This document shows positions 40,075-50,437 of a stretch of 64,000 nt of DNA, piece after piece. The stretch lies in NCBI GenBank assembly GCA_964016885.1, contig OZ024741.1, positions 354,826,001 to 354,890,000 of the forward strand, given 5' to 3'. The stretch is from Eledone cirrhosa (taxonomy: Eukaryota). The notes under the pieces are model-generated. The model was given only the letters and a program-made list of their open reading frames with translations, was not told the DNA's origin and ran no database searches. Position 1 is the first letter of the stretch. Each line of letters begins with the position of its first letter. The position numbers were made by a program, and so were the translations under genes.

Positions 40075-40932
40075 TGTGTTAAGATTTCTTTTCAAATATT
40101 TTTTCTTCTTCAAGACTATAGCATGTGACCTTCTTTTCAGGTTGGCTGTCAGTCGTAATCGATAGAAGTAGTAACACAATTGGCCCTTAATTTCATACAG
40201 CCTGAAAATCGCACCAGACTATTTCAACCATATATCTCCTTATAATATATAACCAGCAATTTCTCTGTCTGTCTGTCCGACAGTGGAAACACGTGCGCGC
40301 GTGGTTGCTATCTCTCTCTCTCTCTCCAGCTATCCCTCTCTTTTAGTCTGTCTGTTTCTCTCACTCTCACTCTTTCTCTTTGTAACACACTAACATTCCT
40401 CCCCTCTATCGCTGTGACGAATGGGGAGATGGAGGAGGAGGAGGAGGAGAGAGTCACTTCGTCACTTCACCTCTACCTTTCTTTCTCTCCCCTCTCACTC
40501 CCTCATTACGTACAGACATTAGGGCGGTGGATTGGCAGAATCTGTAGAGAGTCGGACACCATGCTTCATAGCATGGAGTTACGTCCCTTTACGGTCTGAG
40601 TTCAAATACCGCCGAGGTTAACTTTGCCTTTCATCCTCACGGGGTCGATAAAATAAAGTACCAGTAATGTACTGGGTAATTGCTGGCCTTGTGCCAAAAG
40701 TAGAAACAATTATTAGAAACATTGCTTCATTTTTACATATCTAAGCATTAGTAAAATAACTAATAATTTCAAAAGTAATTTTTCAATTCCAATTGTTATG
40801 AACAGCAAAACATTAATAATAATTTTGTTCTAAGAAATCTATATACATTTCTGTGTGTGTAATATATATATATATACACACACAGAAATATATATATATA
40901 CACACAGAAATATATATACATTTCTGTGTGTG

Positions 40933-40975
<43 letters not shown>

Positions 40976-41003
40976 GAAATATATATACATTTCTGTGTGT
41001 GTA

Positions 41004-41032
<29 letters not shown>

Positions 41033-41035
<3 letters not shown>

Positions 41036-42283
41036 GTGTCCCAAATGCAAAGTATGGGTGCATAAAAGATGTAGTGGGATCACAGGTAAGCTAACTAAGA
41101 ACATAGATTTTACATGTGGCCGGTGCTCTGGTGCAATAAGTAGCAGCAAGTGCTCACAAAATACTAGCTCTTTCAACTGCGCAGAGGGTTCTATAGAAAT
41201 AGTGGACAGCTTCCGTTACCTGGGTGACAAAAATCAGCAGTGGGGGAGGGTGCTCTGAAAGTACAGTAGCTAGAGTCAGAACTGGATGGAAAAAGTTCAG
41301 AGAGCTTATACCACTATTAGCCGCTAAAGGGTTCTCCCTAAAAATGAAAAGCAGGTTGTACGATGCCTGCATACGAACAGCAATGTTGCATGGCAGTGAG
41401 ACCTGGGCATTGTGTGCAGAGGATATACGCAGACTAGAGAGAAACGAAGCTTGCATGCTCCGCTGGATGTGTAAAAGTAATATACGTGAACGGCAAAGCA
41501 TAAGCGAACTAAGGAAAAAATTAGAAATAAGAGGGATCAGATGTTGTTTACTCGAGAGAAGACTACGTTGGTATGGTCACGTGATGCGCATGAAGGACGA
41601 TAGCTGTATAACAAAGTGCAGGGCAATAAAGATAGACGGTAGCCACGGAATAGGCAGACCCAGAAAAACCTGGGACGAGCTGATAAATTCCGACCTCACA
41701 CACTTACACCTCACCAAGACAATGTCACTGGACCGAGACCTTTGGCGGTACTCAGTAATAGAGAAGACCCGCCTTACCTGAATACAAAGTAAAACCTACT
41801 ACAGTCAGTAGGCATCTCTAACAAAATACACCCCCCGTCCCACCCACCCCCACCCCATCCACACCGCCCCTTTCAATGTAAAGTTATGTTGGTGCCACAA
41901 CATCCAGGCCGAAACAAATGAGATCGTGTAGTGTCACATAAAAAAAAACACACAGTTCACGCTGTAATGTGGCCGTGTAGGCAACACGGTAAAAACCTCC
42001 CAGCCCCACACTGTAAATGTGGTTGGTGTTAGGAAGGGCATCCAGCTGTAGAAAACCCGCCAGACAGTCCACGCTGTAATGTGGCCGTGTAGGCAACACG
42101 GTAAAAACCTCCCAGACCCACACTGTAAATGTGGTTGGTGTTAGGAAGGGCATCCAGCTGTAGAAAACCCGCCAGATAGTCCTATGCGAGCAAGATAATC
42201 ACTCTTGCCTCAAGTGGGAAAACCCCCGTCCAAACCCATGCAAGCGTGGAACACGGACGTTAAACGTTGATGATGATGATGAT
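41033..42283 (+). mobile_element. 5'-truncated RTE LINE of a second, diverged subfamily, inserted in the Helitron (TA)n(CA)n minisatellite
   Basis: [16 protein letters not shown], frameshift at ~41228, then RVRTGWKKFRELIPLL..HGSETW..RLRWYGHVMR, stop at 41781. The 3' UTR has a ~110-bp duplication and a (GAT)n tail. Confidence 0.92.
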
Positions 42284-42708
42284 ACACACACACACACAGA
42301 AATATATGGGCATTTCTCTGTTTGTCTGTCTGTCTGTCTGTCCTTCCCTAAAACTCAAATGTAGGTGCTACAGAAATATTACCTTCCCCTTCCTTTCTCC
42401 ACTTTGGTACTACCAAGAGAAACACTATCGCTATAGAAACATTACCTTCCCCTCTCCACTGACTTTGGTCACTGAGGCCGAGGGATTGCTGGTTGCTATA
42501 GAGACACCTTGCACAAGCCAGAAATAACTAGTTCGAGGCGGTTCTGACTTGACACCATGCCAAGTCTACTTATAATATATAATGGGCATTTCTCTGTTTG
42601 TTTGTCTGTCTGTCCGTCTGTAAAAAATGCCAAGGAAAGAAATAGACGCGGTTTCAAATCTCTATGCTTTTCAAATTCATTACATTAATCTTTATTTATA
42701 CGTTTCGC

Positions 42709-42777
42709 TTTACGAGTGTTTCGACTTACGAGTGTTTCGACTTACGAGTGTTTCGGCTTACGAGTGTTTCGGCTTAT
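42709..42777. repeat. 16-bp tandem repeat, about 4 copies
   Basis: ttacgagtgtttcg(a/g)c repeated. Confidence 0.85.
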
Positions 42778-43994
42778 CATAATATATAAACGTTTCTATT
42801 TCCATCGTTTTATCGTAAACGTTTATATATTTCCATCGTTATATCATAACATTTATGTATCATAACGTTTATATTTCCGTCACTAATCTCCTTTTCTCCT
42901 TTTTCGTTTTAACATATATTTATTTCAAAGATTTCACCGTATAGATAACATATATATTTATACATGCATAAAAGACGCACCGAGATACGGTGAACATGTG
43001 GTGCCGAAAACATTTCTCATCCAAATTTCAACAATATCAGTATATACACTAGATTTGCTAGCAGAAAACCGCCCACCGGGTGGTTTTCTGCTAGTCTATA
43101 TATATAAAACTGAGGATGTCTGTCTGTGTGTGTGTGAGTTCGAATCCCTAAAACTCGAGAACCACCCTACCGACTGTTTTCAAACTTGACACATGTAATA
43201 CTTATGTTTCAGGGAGTGTTCTGAGCAAAAAAAAATTTCAAATTTTCAATGCCCTAGGGACCACATTAGGCGATTTAGCGATCTCGCTCTATAATTCTTA
43301 GTCTTTCTCATTTTAGATAGATACATACTTATAACGTCGCGCTCTTATAATATATGTCTGTATGTCTGACTGTCTACATTACGTCACTTCCCTGAGGATG
43401 TCTGTGTGTGTGTGTGTGTGTCTGTCTGTGAGTTTGAATCCCTAAAACTCGAGAAGTACCCAAGCGATTCTTTTCAGGGAGTGTTATGCACATAAAAAAA
43501 ATTCAACTTTTTTTATCTTCTAGGGCCCGCATTAGGTGAAAACCTTTATTTTTCCTGCTTCATCGAGGAAAATCTTAAAGATTATCCAACCATCAGAGTA
43601 TTCGGTTTATTTTCTTTACATATTGTCCAGGTATGCAGTTTTTCCACGATTAGGTCTGTTGGCGGCCCGTGTTCCAAAATACCTTATCCCGTGCAACGCC
43701 GGGTACCACTGCTAGAATATATATATATATATATATGTGAGATAATATGTTGAAGTTTTTGTTCATAAATTGATTGATTTTGATAAATCCCAATAAGGGA
43801 CGAAACAATTGTAAATCAATATTTGATGTGAAACTGTATTTGGTAATGCTTTAATGAATAATTTGCTTCACGTGTAATTAGTTTTAACACAATAGGATCT
43901 TGTACACATGCTTGTTTGAAAATATTTTAAAGGAAGTATGATACATAGGCTTATACACTGTTTATTTTAATAAATTTCCATATATTTGAGCTGT

Positions 43995-45059
43995 TATATA
44001 TATAAACTTGTAGTTCCTGTCCGTTTTTTTTTTTTTTTTTTTTTTGTTTGTTCACGAACTCCTCCTATGGTTTTGGAGATAGACCCCCATAACCTTATAT
44101 ATTCTGAAACTATATTGCCCAGGGTACTTGGATAAGTATATTTCATTTTAATCAAAGGGTTCCCCAGGGGCACAAACCCCTGCTGAAACATTTTCCCCTT
44201 TGATTTATATGAAATTTAAACCATAGGTAAATGACAAGATATGATGCCTATTCACAAAATTTCAGCAAATTTCAATAATATTAAGACACCCTAATGGTGG
44301 TTAAACCCCCTATAGTGAAGATTTTGGCCAATAAATGGAACACGATGTGTTGTAACAAGATGTGTTGTAACAAGATTGCATGATAACTTGATTGAAGCAA
44401 CCATTATATTCGGGGCTTACAAAAGACAAGCTCTTCTCATTCCGAGGATTCCACTTATACCAAGTGATAGTGAGTTGCTTTTTACATTTAAGAGGCTGCA
44501 GTTCCCAGTGAGGCCACGCTTTGCCATGAGCATCAATAAGAGTTAAGGTCAAACTTTCAAAGCTATTGGTATAGATCTGACAAATCCATGTTTCAGTCAT
44601 GGCATGTTTTATGTGGCTATTTCAAGGACTGGAACTTCAAAAAATCTCTACATTTTAGCCAACCAAAGAAAGACAAGAAATGTTGCTTACCCTGAAGTTC
44701 TTCATTAGGACAAAGTATGAAATATATTTTCATGTATTTGATTATTATGTTAAAAATAAATAATTAAACTTTGAATTTCTAATTTGAAAATAATGCTTTA
44801 CACAAAAATGAAATGATCAAGATTTGAATTGATATTTAAAAAAATATATATTTACAAGAAACAATTTAATAATGTAATTTTGATTTGATATATTACTAAA
44901 AAATAATGTTTTCCAATTTTTCATGCATTACATTTTACATTGAGTAATATTGAAATGCAGAGTTTTTCTCCACAAATTATATCACTGATTTAAAATCAAT
45001 CATCATTTTCTTACAAAAAAAATGTGTGAAACGCAGCAAGGTGCGGGTAATTCGGCTAG
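43995..45059 (+). mobile_element. Probable Helitron-like non-autonomous element of a different family
   Basis: Starts tatatatataaacttgtagttcctgtccg and ends acgcagcaaggtgcgggtaattcggCTAG|T (GC hairpin plus CTAG|T). The 5' TC is not preserved. Confidence 0.5.
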
Positions 45060-45071
45060 TATATATATATA

Positions 45072-45872
45072 TTGGTAAACGGAATAGAAAATGCTGACAA
45101 ATTGTTCACAGTTGAAAAATGGTTTAATTAGGAATAAAAGAGTATTAGTGATTGTATGGGTTAGTATTCAGTTGTGGTTTTAAGTTTTTAAGTTTTTACC
45201 GGTTGCGCATTTCTAAATGCTTTTCAAAAATCAGCAAGGAATCTTACTTCATTAACAAATACGGACCCCGTCTAAACACTTCTCCCTAAGACGAACCCAC
45301 AACATACACACGTCAACATACATACCTACATCAGCACACATCTCTACCCACATATAAACACAATGACACACGTAAACACACATGCTCTATGGTGCAATAC
45401 AAAAATTATATGTGCATATATATGTATGTATATATGTATATATATATATATATGTAGTGAATATATGTATGTGTATATATATATAGTGAATATCATTTCA
45501 CACCTTTTATTGTTAAGATTTTTGATGTTCTATTAAGAGAACCGATTTTACTGAAAAAATCGAATAATGTACACCATTTTACCAGGGGGAAAAAAATACT
45601 GGTCCACCCACACACACACACACACACACATATATACACAAACACATACACACGCATACATCAACATACAAAGAGACTTATACACACACACGCACATGCT
45701 AAAATACCCCCCATTGCTTTCAGACACATTCTAACTGACCATCGAATTACTCTGCTACACACACACACACACACACACACTTATCTTAATAGCCATTTGA
45801 CACACATCGCTGCTGGCCATTGTCGCAGCATCGAACACCTTACTACTACTACTACACACACACACACACACA

Positions 45873-45911
<39 letters not shown>

Positions 45912-46406
45912 ACACACACACACACATATTTGTTGTGAAAGAGTCATTTCTCAATCTTGGCGCAAAACCAATTTTTTATCCACATGACCTCTACCGACCA
46001 ATCAAAATTGTTTTGACCAAGAATTTTTGCTGGAGCCACTTTTTTAACATAAAAACAGTCTTGGCGCAAAATCAACTTTTTACATTCACATGACCTCTAC
46101 CGACCAATCAAAATTGTTTTGACCACAAGCATTTTTGCAACACAAAAATAACGCTGGAGCCACTTTTTTTAACATAAAAACAGGTAGAATTCCCAAAACT
46201 AATCAGATCAGAGCAAACAGCACGGACACTCTATCTCAAAATTATTTTTGAAAAGCATTTAGAAATGCGCAACCGGTAAAAACTTAAAAAACTTAAAACC
46301 ACAACTGAATACTAACCCATACAATCACTAATACTCTTTTATTCCTTATTAAACCATTTTTTTCAACTGTGAACAATTTGTCAGCATTTTCTATTCCGTT
46401 TACCAA
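45072..46406. mobile_element. Non-autonomous DNA transposon (MITE/foldback type) with ~160-bp TIRs flanked by TA
   Basis: 45072-45231 is the near-perfect reverse complement of 46245-46406 (TA|TTGGTAAACGGAATAG ... CTATTCCGTTTACCAA|TA). It contains (CA)n tracts and a ~104-bp-period direct duplication at about 45955-46165. No transposase was seen. Confidence 0.85.
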
Positions 46407-46813
46407 TATATAATAACTTGTGTGTTACACCTCTATTCTTTTAACTATATATATATATATATATAAATGAAAAGTATAGAAATTATTGTAGCAAGAAGCC
46501 AACAGTATTCCATAATATATAAGTGACTATAGCGTCAAAATGGAAAAATAGTTAATGTAAGATGTGGGAAAATAATTCAAACTAAATTCAAAAAGAATCA
46601 GGATATAGATTCATCCAGAGTTTAAAATACTCATCCTTCAATTTGGAAAAACTACAATGCTCTGTATAGTCTTAAAGACTATTTCACAAAACTTTCAGTG
46701 GGGATGGTCACGGTTGGAATCGATCATCAGCAGAGCTCAAAGACATATACCTAACTCGTCCCATGGACTGAGTGCTCTACCACTACAGATATTACCTTCC
46801 AGTGTTCTACCAC

Positions 46814-46844
<31 letters not shown>

Positions 46845-46983
46845 TAATAATAACAGTATTGTTATTATTGGGTAGAAACTTTACCAAAGCTCGATGCAAT
46901 GGGATTCACGCAGAGCTGATAGGTAATGTTTATAAAAAGCACCAAAGAATCAATATGTATTGATTCTTTGGTGCTTTTTATAA

Positions 46984-47028
<45 letters not shown>

Positions 47029-47454
47029 ATTAAGTGATATAGGTAAAATTTGGCTTCGTTTATTATCAGTGACGCCAAGGTTGCCAGTTTTTCTATTGCG
47101 ACTTAAGTCCGCTACTGTTTGAAGCGCTCAACACGTGGTGGAGCTAGATAAATTTTGAGTATATGTTGGTTGTTTACCGACAGCTCAGTATGCAGATTGG
47201 AGCACTCGATGAAGTACGCAGGGGTTATATATATATATCATATATCATATATATTGAAATTTACACTCTTTTATATTTATTTATTCATATATTTTTTTGC
47301 GTCAATAAGTTCATTGTTAACTTTATCTACAGAATAACCCTTGTTCCTATTGTCTGCACAGAGAATCAAATAAACAAAGAGAAAACTGATTCTGCTGTAA
47401 GAAATGTAGATAACAATGATATAATTTGTTGTTTTATAACAACAATAAAGCTAT

Positions 47455-47733
47455 TATTATGATTGGGTTATTTCACTTGGTTCTGTTTTGTTTCTCTGTT
47501 GCCAGTTTGCCTTGAACCCAGGGCAATAGAAGTTTGCATTGTAGTAACAGAGCTCATCTGAGAATGTGTGTTGTTCCTAATAGTCCAATGTTCTGTAACT
47601 CATATTTGCTGATTCTGCATGGAAGGGTCCCAAGGTGTAGGTCTGATGATTTGGGAATTTGTCCTAGTGCTCCTATTACGACAGGAATAGTGTTTGTGGT
47701 CAACCTCTAGATGCAGTTGATCCCTATTTCTAG
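47455..47733 (-). mobile_element. R4/Dong-like LINE 3' fragment
   Basis: Minus strand LEIGINCI*RLTTNTIPVVIGALGQIPKSSDLHLGTLPCRISKYELQNIGLLGTTHILR*AL (RLE C-terminus), then a UTR ending in short taa repeats. Confidence 0.8.
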
Positions 47734-47734
47734 A

Positions 47735-48415
47735 GCAGTGGATTGGGAGAATCGGTAGAGCGTCCGAGAACATACCCTTTACATTCCAATTTCAAATCCC
47801 GCCGAGGTTAGCTTTGCTTTTCATCCTTACGGGGTCAATAAAATAAAGCACCAGTAATGCACTGGGGTCGATTTAATCGACATCCCCCCCCCCCTCAATA
47901 TTGCTGGCCTTGTGCCTAAATCAGAAATTATTATTATTAGTAATTAATCATTTTATTATCTATGTAAAAGCCACACTGTCCTTGTGGTGCTTCATTCAAT
48001 GTCCATGTAGATTGGCAGGGGCGTTAGAGTGACAGACAAAATCCTTTTTAGTTTTTGGTGCTCCTCTTTAGATTTCATCTTTCCGGGGTCGATAAAATAA
48101 AGTATCGGTCACGTACTGAGGTCGATATAATTGACTCTCCTCTCTCTCAAAACTACTGGCCTTGTGCCTAAAGTATAATTAATTATTATTATACTTTAAC
48201 ACAAAAGCAGTAGATTAAGAGAGTCATTAGAGTGTTGAACAAATGCCTAGCAGTATTTGTTCCAACTCTTTGCATTTTCAGTTCAAATTCTGCTATGGTC
48301 AACTTTGTCTTTCATACATTCATAGTCAATAAAATGAAGAACCAGTTAAGTATAGGATCAATTTAATTGACTTTCCTATCCCCCCAAATTGCAGGCCTTG
48401 TGCCTAAATAAAAAA
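47735..48415 (+). mobile_element. Three tandem Deu/Nin-type SINE copies
   Basis: Copies at about 47735-47930, 48008-48175 and 48210-48410, each ending ggccttgtgcctaaa...(att)n. Confidence 0.8.
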
Positions 48416-49429
48416 ACATTATTATACTCTATTATCCTATTGTTTTCAAATTTTTATTGAATAAGTATTTTCACTAATTATTTATTTCCTCTCATAAGAA
48501 TATTTAATAAAAAAAAAATTAAAACTTTTCTGCCCCTTTAAATTGAGACAGACAGACTGACAACGTGTGTGTGTGTCTGTGTGTTTATATGTTTGTCTGT
48601 GTGTTTATGTGTGTCTGTGTGTTTCATGAAATTCAACGTACAATAATTATATTTTTCTCCCCAAACTACTAAAACACACAACTATTTGTATATGCCCTAC
48701 AATTTATGTACATATGTTTATCGCATATCGAAGTTTTTTTTATATCTTGGTTGATATTTGATAACAAGTAAACTAATCACTACAACTGAATTGACCCCCC
48801 CCCCTCCCCTCACCAATTCAGAAATTCCCCCCCCCGATGTAATTTGCTACTCAGAGTTTCTTAGTGGGGATGCTCATATCAAGAAACTCTTAGTTGGAAA
48901 TGAACATTCAATTTATTTAACGCACACAACCACACTATTAATATTTATGCTAGAACATTGTTTATGTTTGAAGATTTATTATAAACTTAACTACACGTTT
49001 TTAATTAGAATCCTTAGCTGTGAAAACAATGAAATCTGAATTGTAAATACTTTTGATTATTCCTCTGTACACAGAAAAACAGAAGAGAGTATATTTATAT
49101 TTGTATTTCAGTGGTTATTGCACCTTCTATGGTGTATGAAGGTATATTACTATAGCAATGCTATATCCTAAACGGACGGTAGTCCGTTTAGTTAGTAATA
49201 TTGTTGTGGTCGTGTTTTCGTTGGCAATCGTCTGTTTACGACAGTACAGCGCAGCTCTACTTTATTTAACTGAGATAAAACTTATATGAGCATGAACAGT
49301 AGATCATTACGCATCTTTTGGTTTAAAAATCTAGAAATTTGGTCCAGCGGGAAAAAGTTTATAATCAAAGTTTGCTGATAAATCTTGTGTTCAAGTGAGT
49401 GAGTAGTAAGCGTGACGCTAGGGGAGGTA

Positions 49430-49627
49430 ATCCAGAAATGACGATGTTTGGAAAAGTTTAATTACTGCATGAAAGAAATGATTCAAAAATTGAACTTGCC
49501 CAATCTTCACAACATTGAAAATTGGTCAAAATTTGACAAATCTGACTTCAAACCAGATATGATTCATTTGAACAATGTTGGAAATCTTAAATTGACACAA
49601 ATTTTTGCCAATGTTTTTGCCACCTGA
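49430..49627 (+). pseudogene. SGNH/GDSL-hydrolase C-terminal fragment
   Basis: SRNDDV/(frameshift)LEKFNYCMKEMIQKLNLPNLHNIENWSKFDKSDFKPDMIHLNNVGNLKLTQIFANVFAT*. It carries the block-V DxxHLNxxG motif. AATAAA at 49665-49670. The N-terminal GDS block was not found. Confidence 0.6.
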
Positions 49628-49804
49628 TCCTTGTTCTATGGCTGACTGACTAATTTTGTGACTTAATAAAATGTCATCATACTAGTAATGCACAATGGTC
49701 ATTTTTAAATTTAAATTTTATTAAATAGTTGTTGCTTGCATTGCCTTCAAATAGTAACAAGAATATACACATACTTTTTAAAAATACATTATCAGTCAAA
49801 TCAG

Positions 49805-50164
49805 TCAAATGTCACTAAAAGCCAGGTGGTCGATAACAACTTCTATAAGATTAGTTACATGCTCACACATTGGATCACCTCTCATCAATGGCATTGGGTG
49901 TCTGAGATAATCGTGGAGATAACTGATGAAGTCACAAATGAAGTGATGGTCTTCCAGTGTGAACAACTCCCTATATCCATTGATATATGTGATGGCTTCC
50001 GATTCATAGGTGCATTTTATGAGGAATTCCATGCATCCGATTTTCAGTGATTCAATGGGCATTTTATCAGAGATGATAAGGTATTTGACCACGTTTTGCT
50101 TTGTAAGTAAATTGGAGAGAATCACTGCAGTCAAAGACATTTCTTTGCATGGGTTTTTGTCCAT
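49805..50164 (-). CDS. Intact 119-aa ORF resembling the SPOP C-terminal/BACK-like helical domain, without a BTB domain
   Basis: LSNLLTKQNVVKYLIISDKMPIESLKIGCMEFL...INGYRELF..HHFICD aligns by eye with SPOP [33 protein letters not shown]...SGWKSM..HPHLVAE. The ATG is in agaATGG context, a candidate 5'-UTR intron spans 50166-50208, and there is a minus-strand AATAAA at ~49717-49722. Confidence 0.6.
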   Translation of the reverse strand: MDKNPCKEMSLTAVILSNLLTKQNVVKYLIISDKMPIESLKIGCMEFLIKCTYESEAITYINGYRELFTLEDHHFICDFISYLHDYLRHPMPLMRGDPMCEHVTNLIEVVIDHLAFSDI

Positions 50165-50437
50165 TCTAAAAAGTTAAAATGATAAAGTATTACTACTATA
50201 TAACTTACATCTATTGTTGTAACACCATTGAAATGCACAAGTTTCACCAATTCACTATTATGCACTAATCATCTCAAATGCATTCATGATTTACTAGCTT
50301 TGTCATTAAGCCAGTTGCCTCAACTAGATTGCAATTATACTCAAAAGAACTTTAAAATGTCAATCACTTGTCAGTAATTCACTATGATCATTTAATTATT
50401 AGATAGTTGTTGCTTGCATTGCCTTAAAAAATAGTAG

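Larger units (their letters stand above)
40235..43715 (+). mobile_element. Composite non-autonomous Helitron carrying a SINE, a minisatellite and an inserted RTE
   Basis: A|TCTCCTTATAATATATAACCAGC start with (tctg)n. Internal restart 5' ends at about 42565 and 43095. The 3' end is ccgtgcaacgccgggtaccactgCTAG. Confidence 0.75.

Noticed and set aside
46690-46800. tRNA-like gtggtagagcactc on the minus strand
   Set aside because: No cloverleaf or B-box. A related sequence at about 21540-21575 indicates a dispersed repeat.
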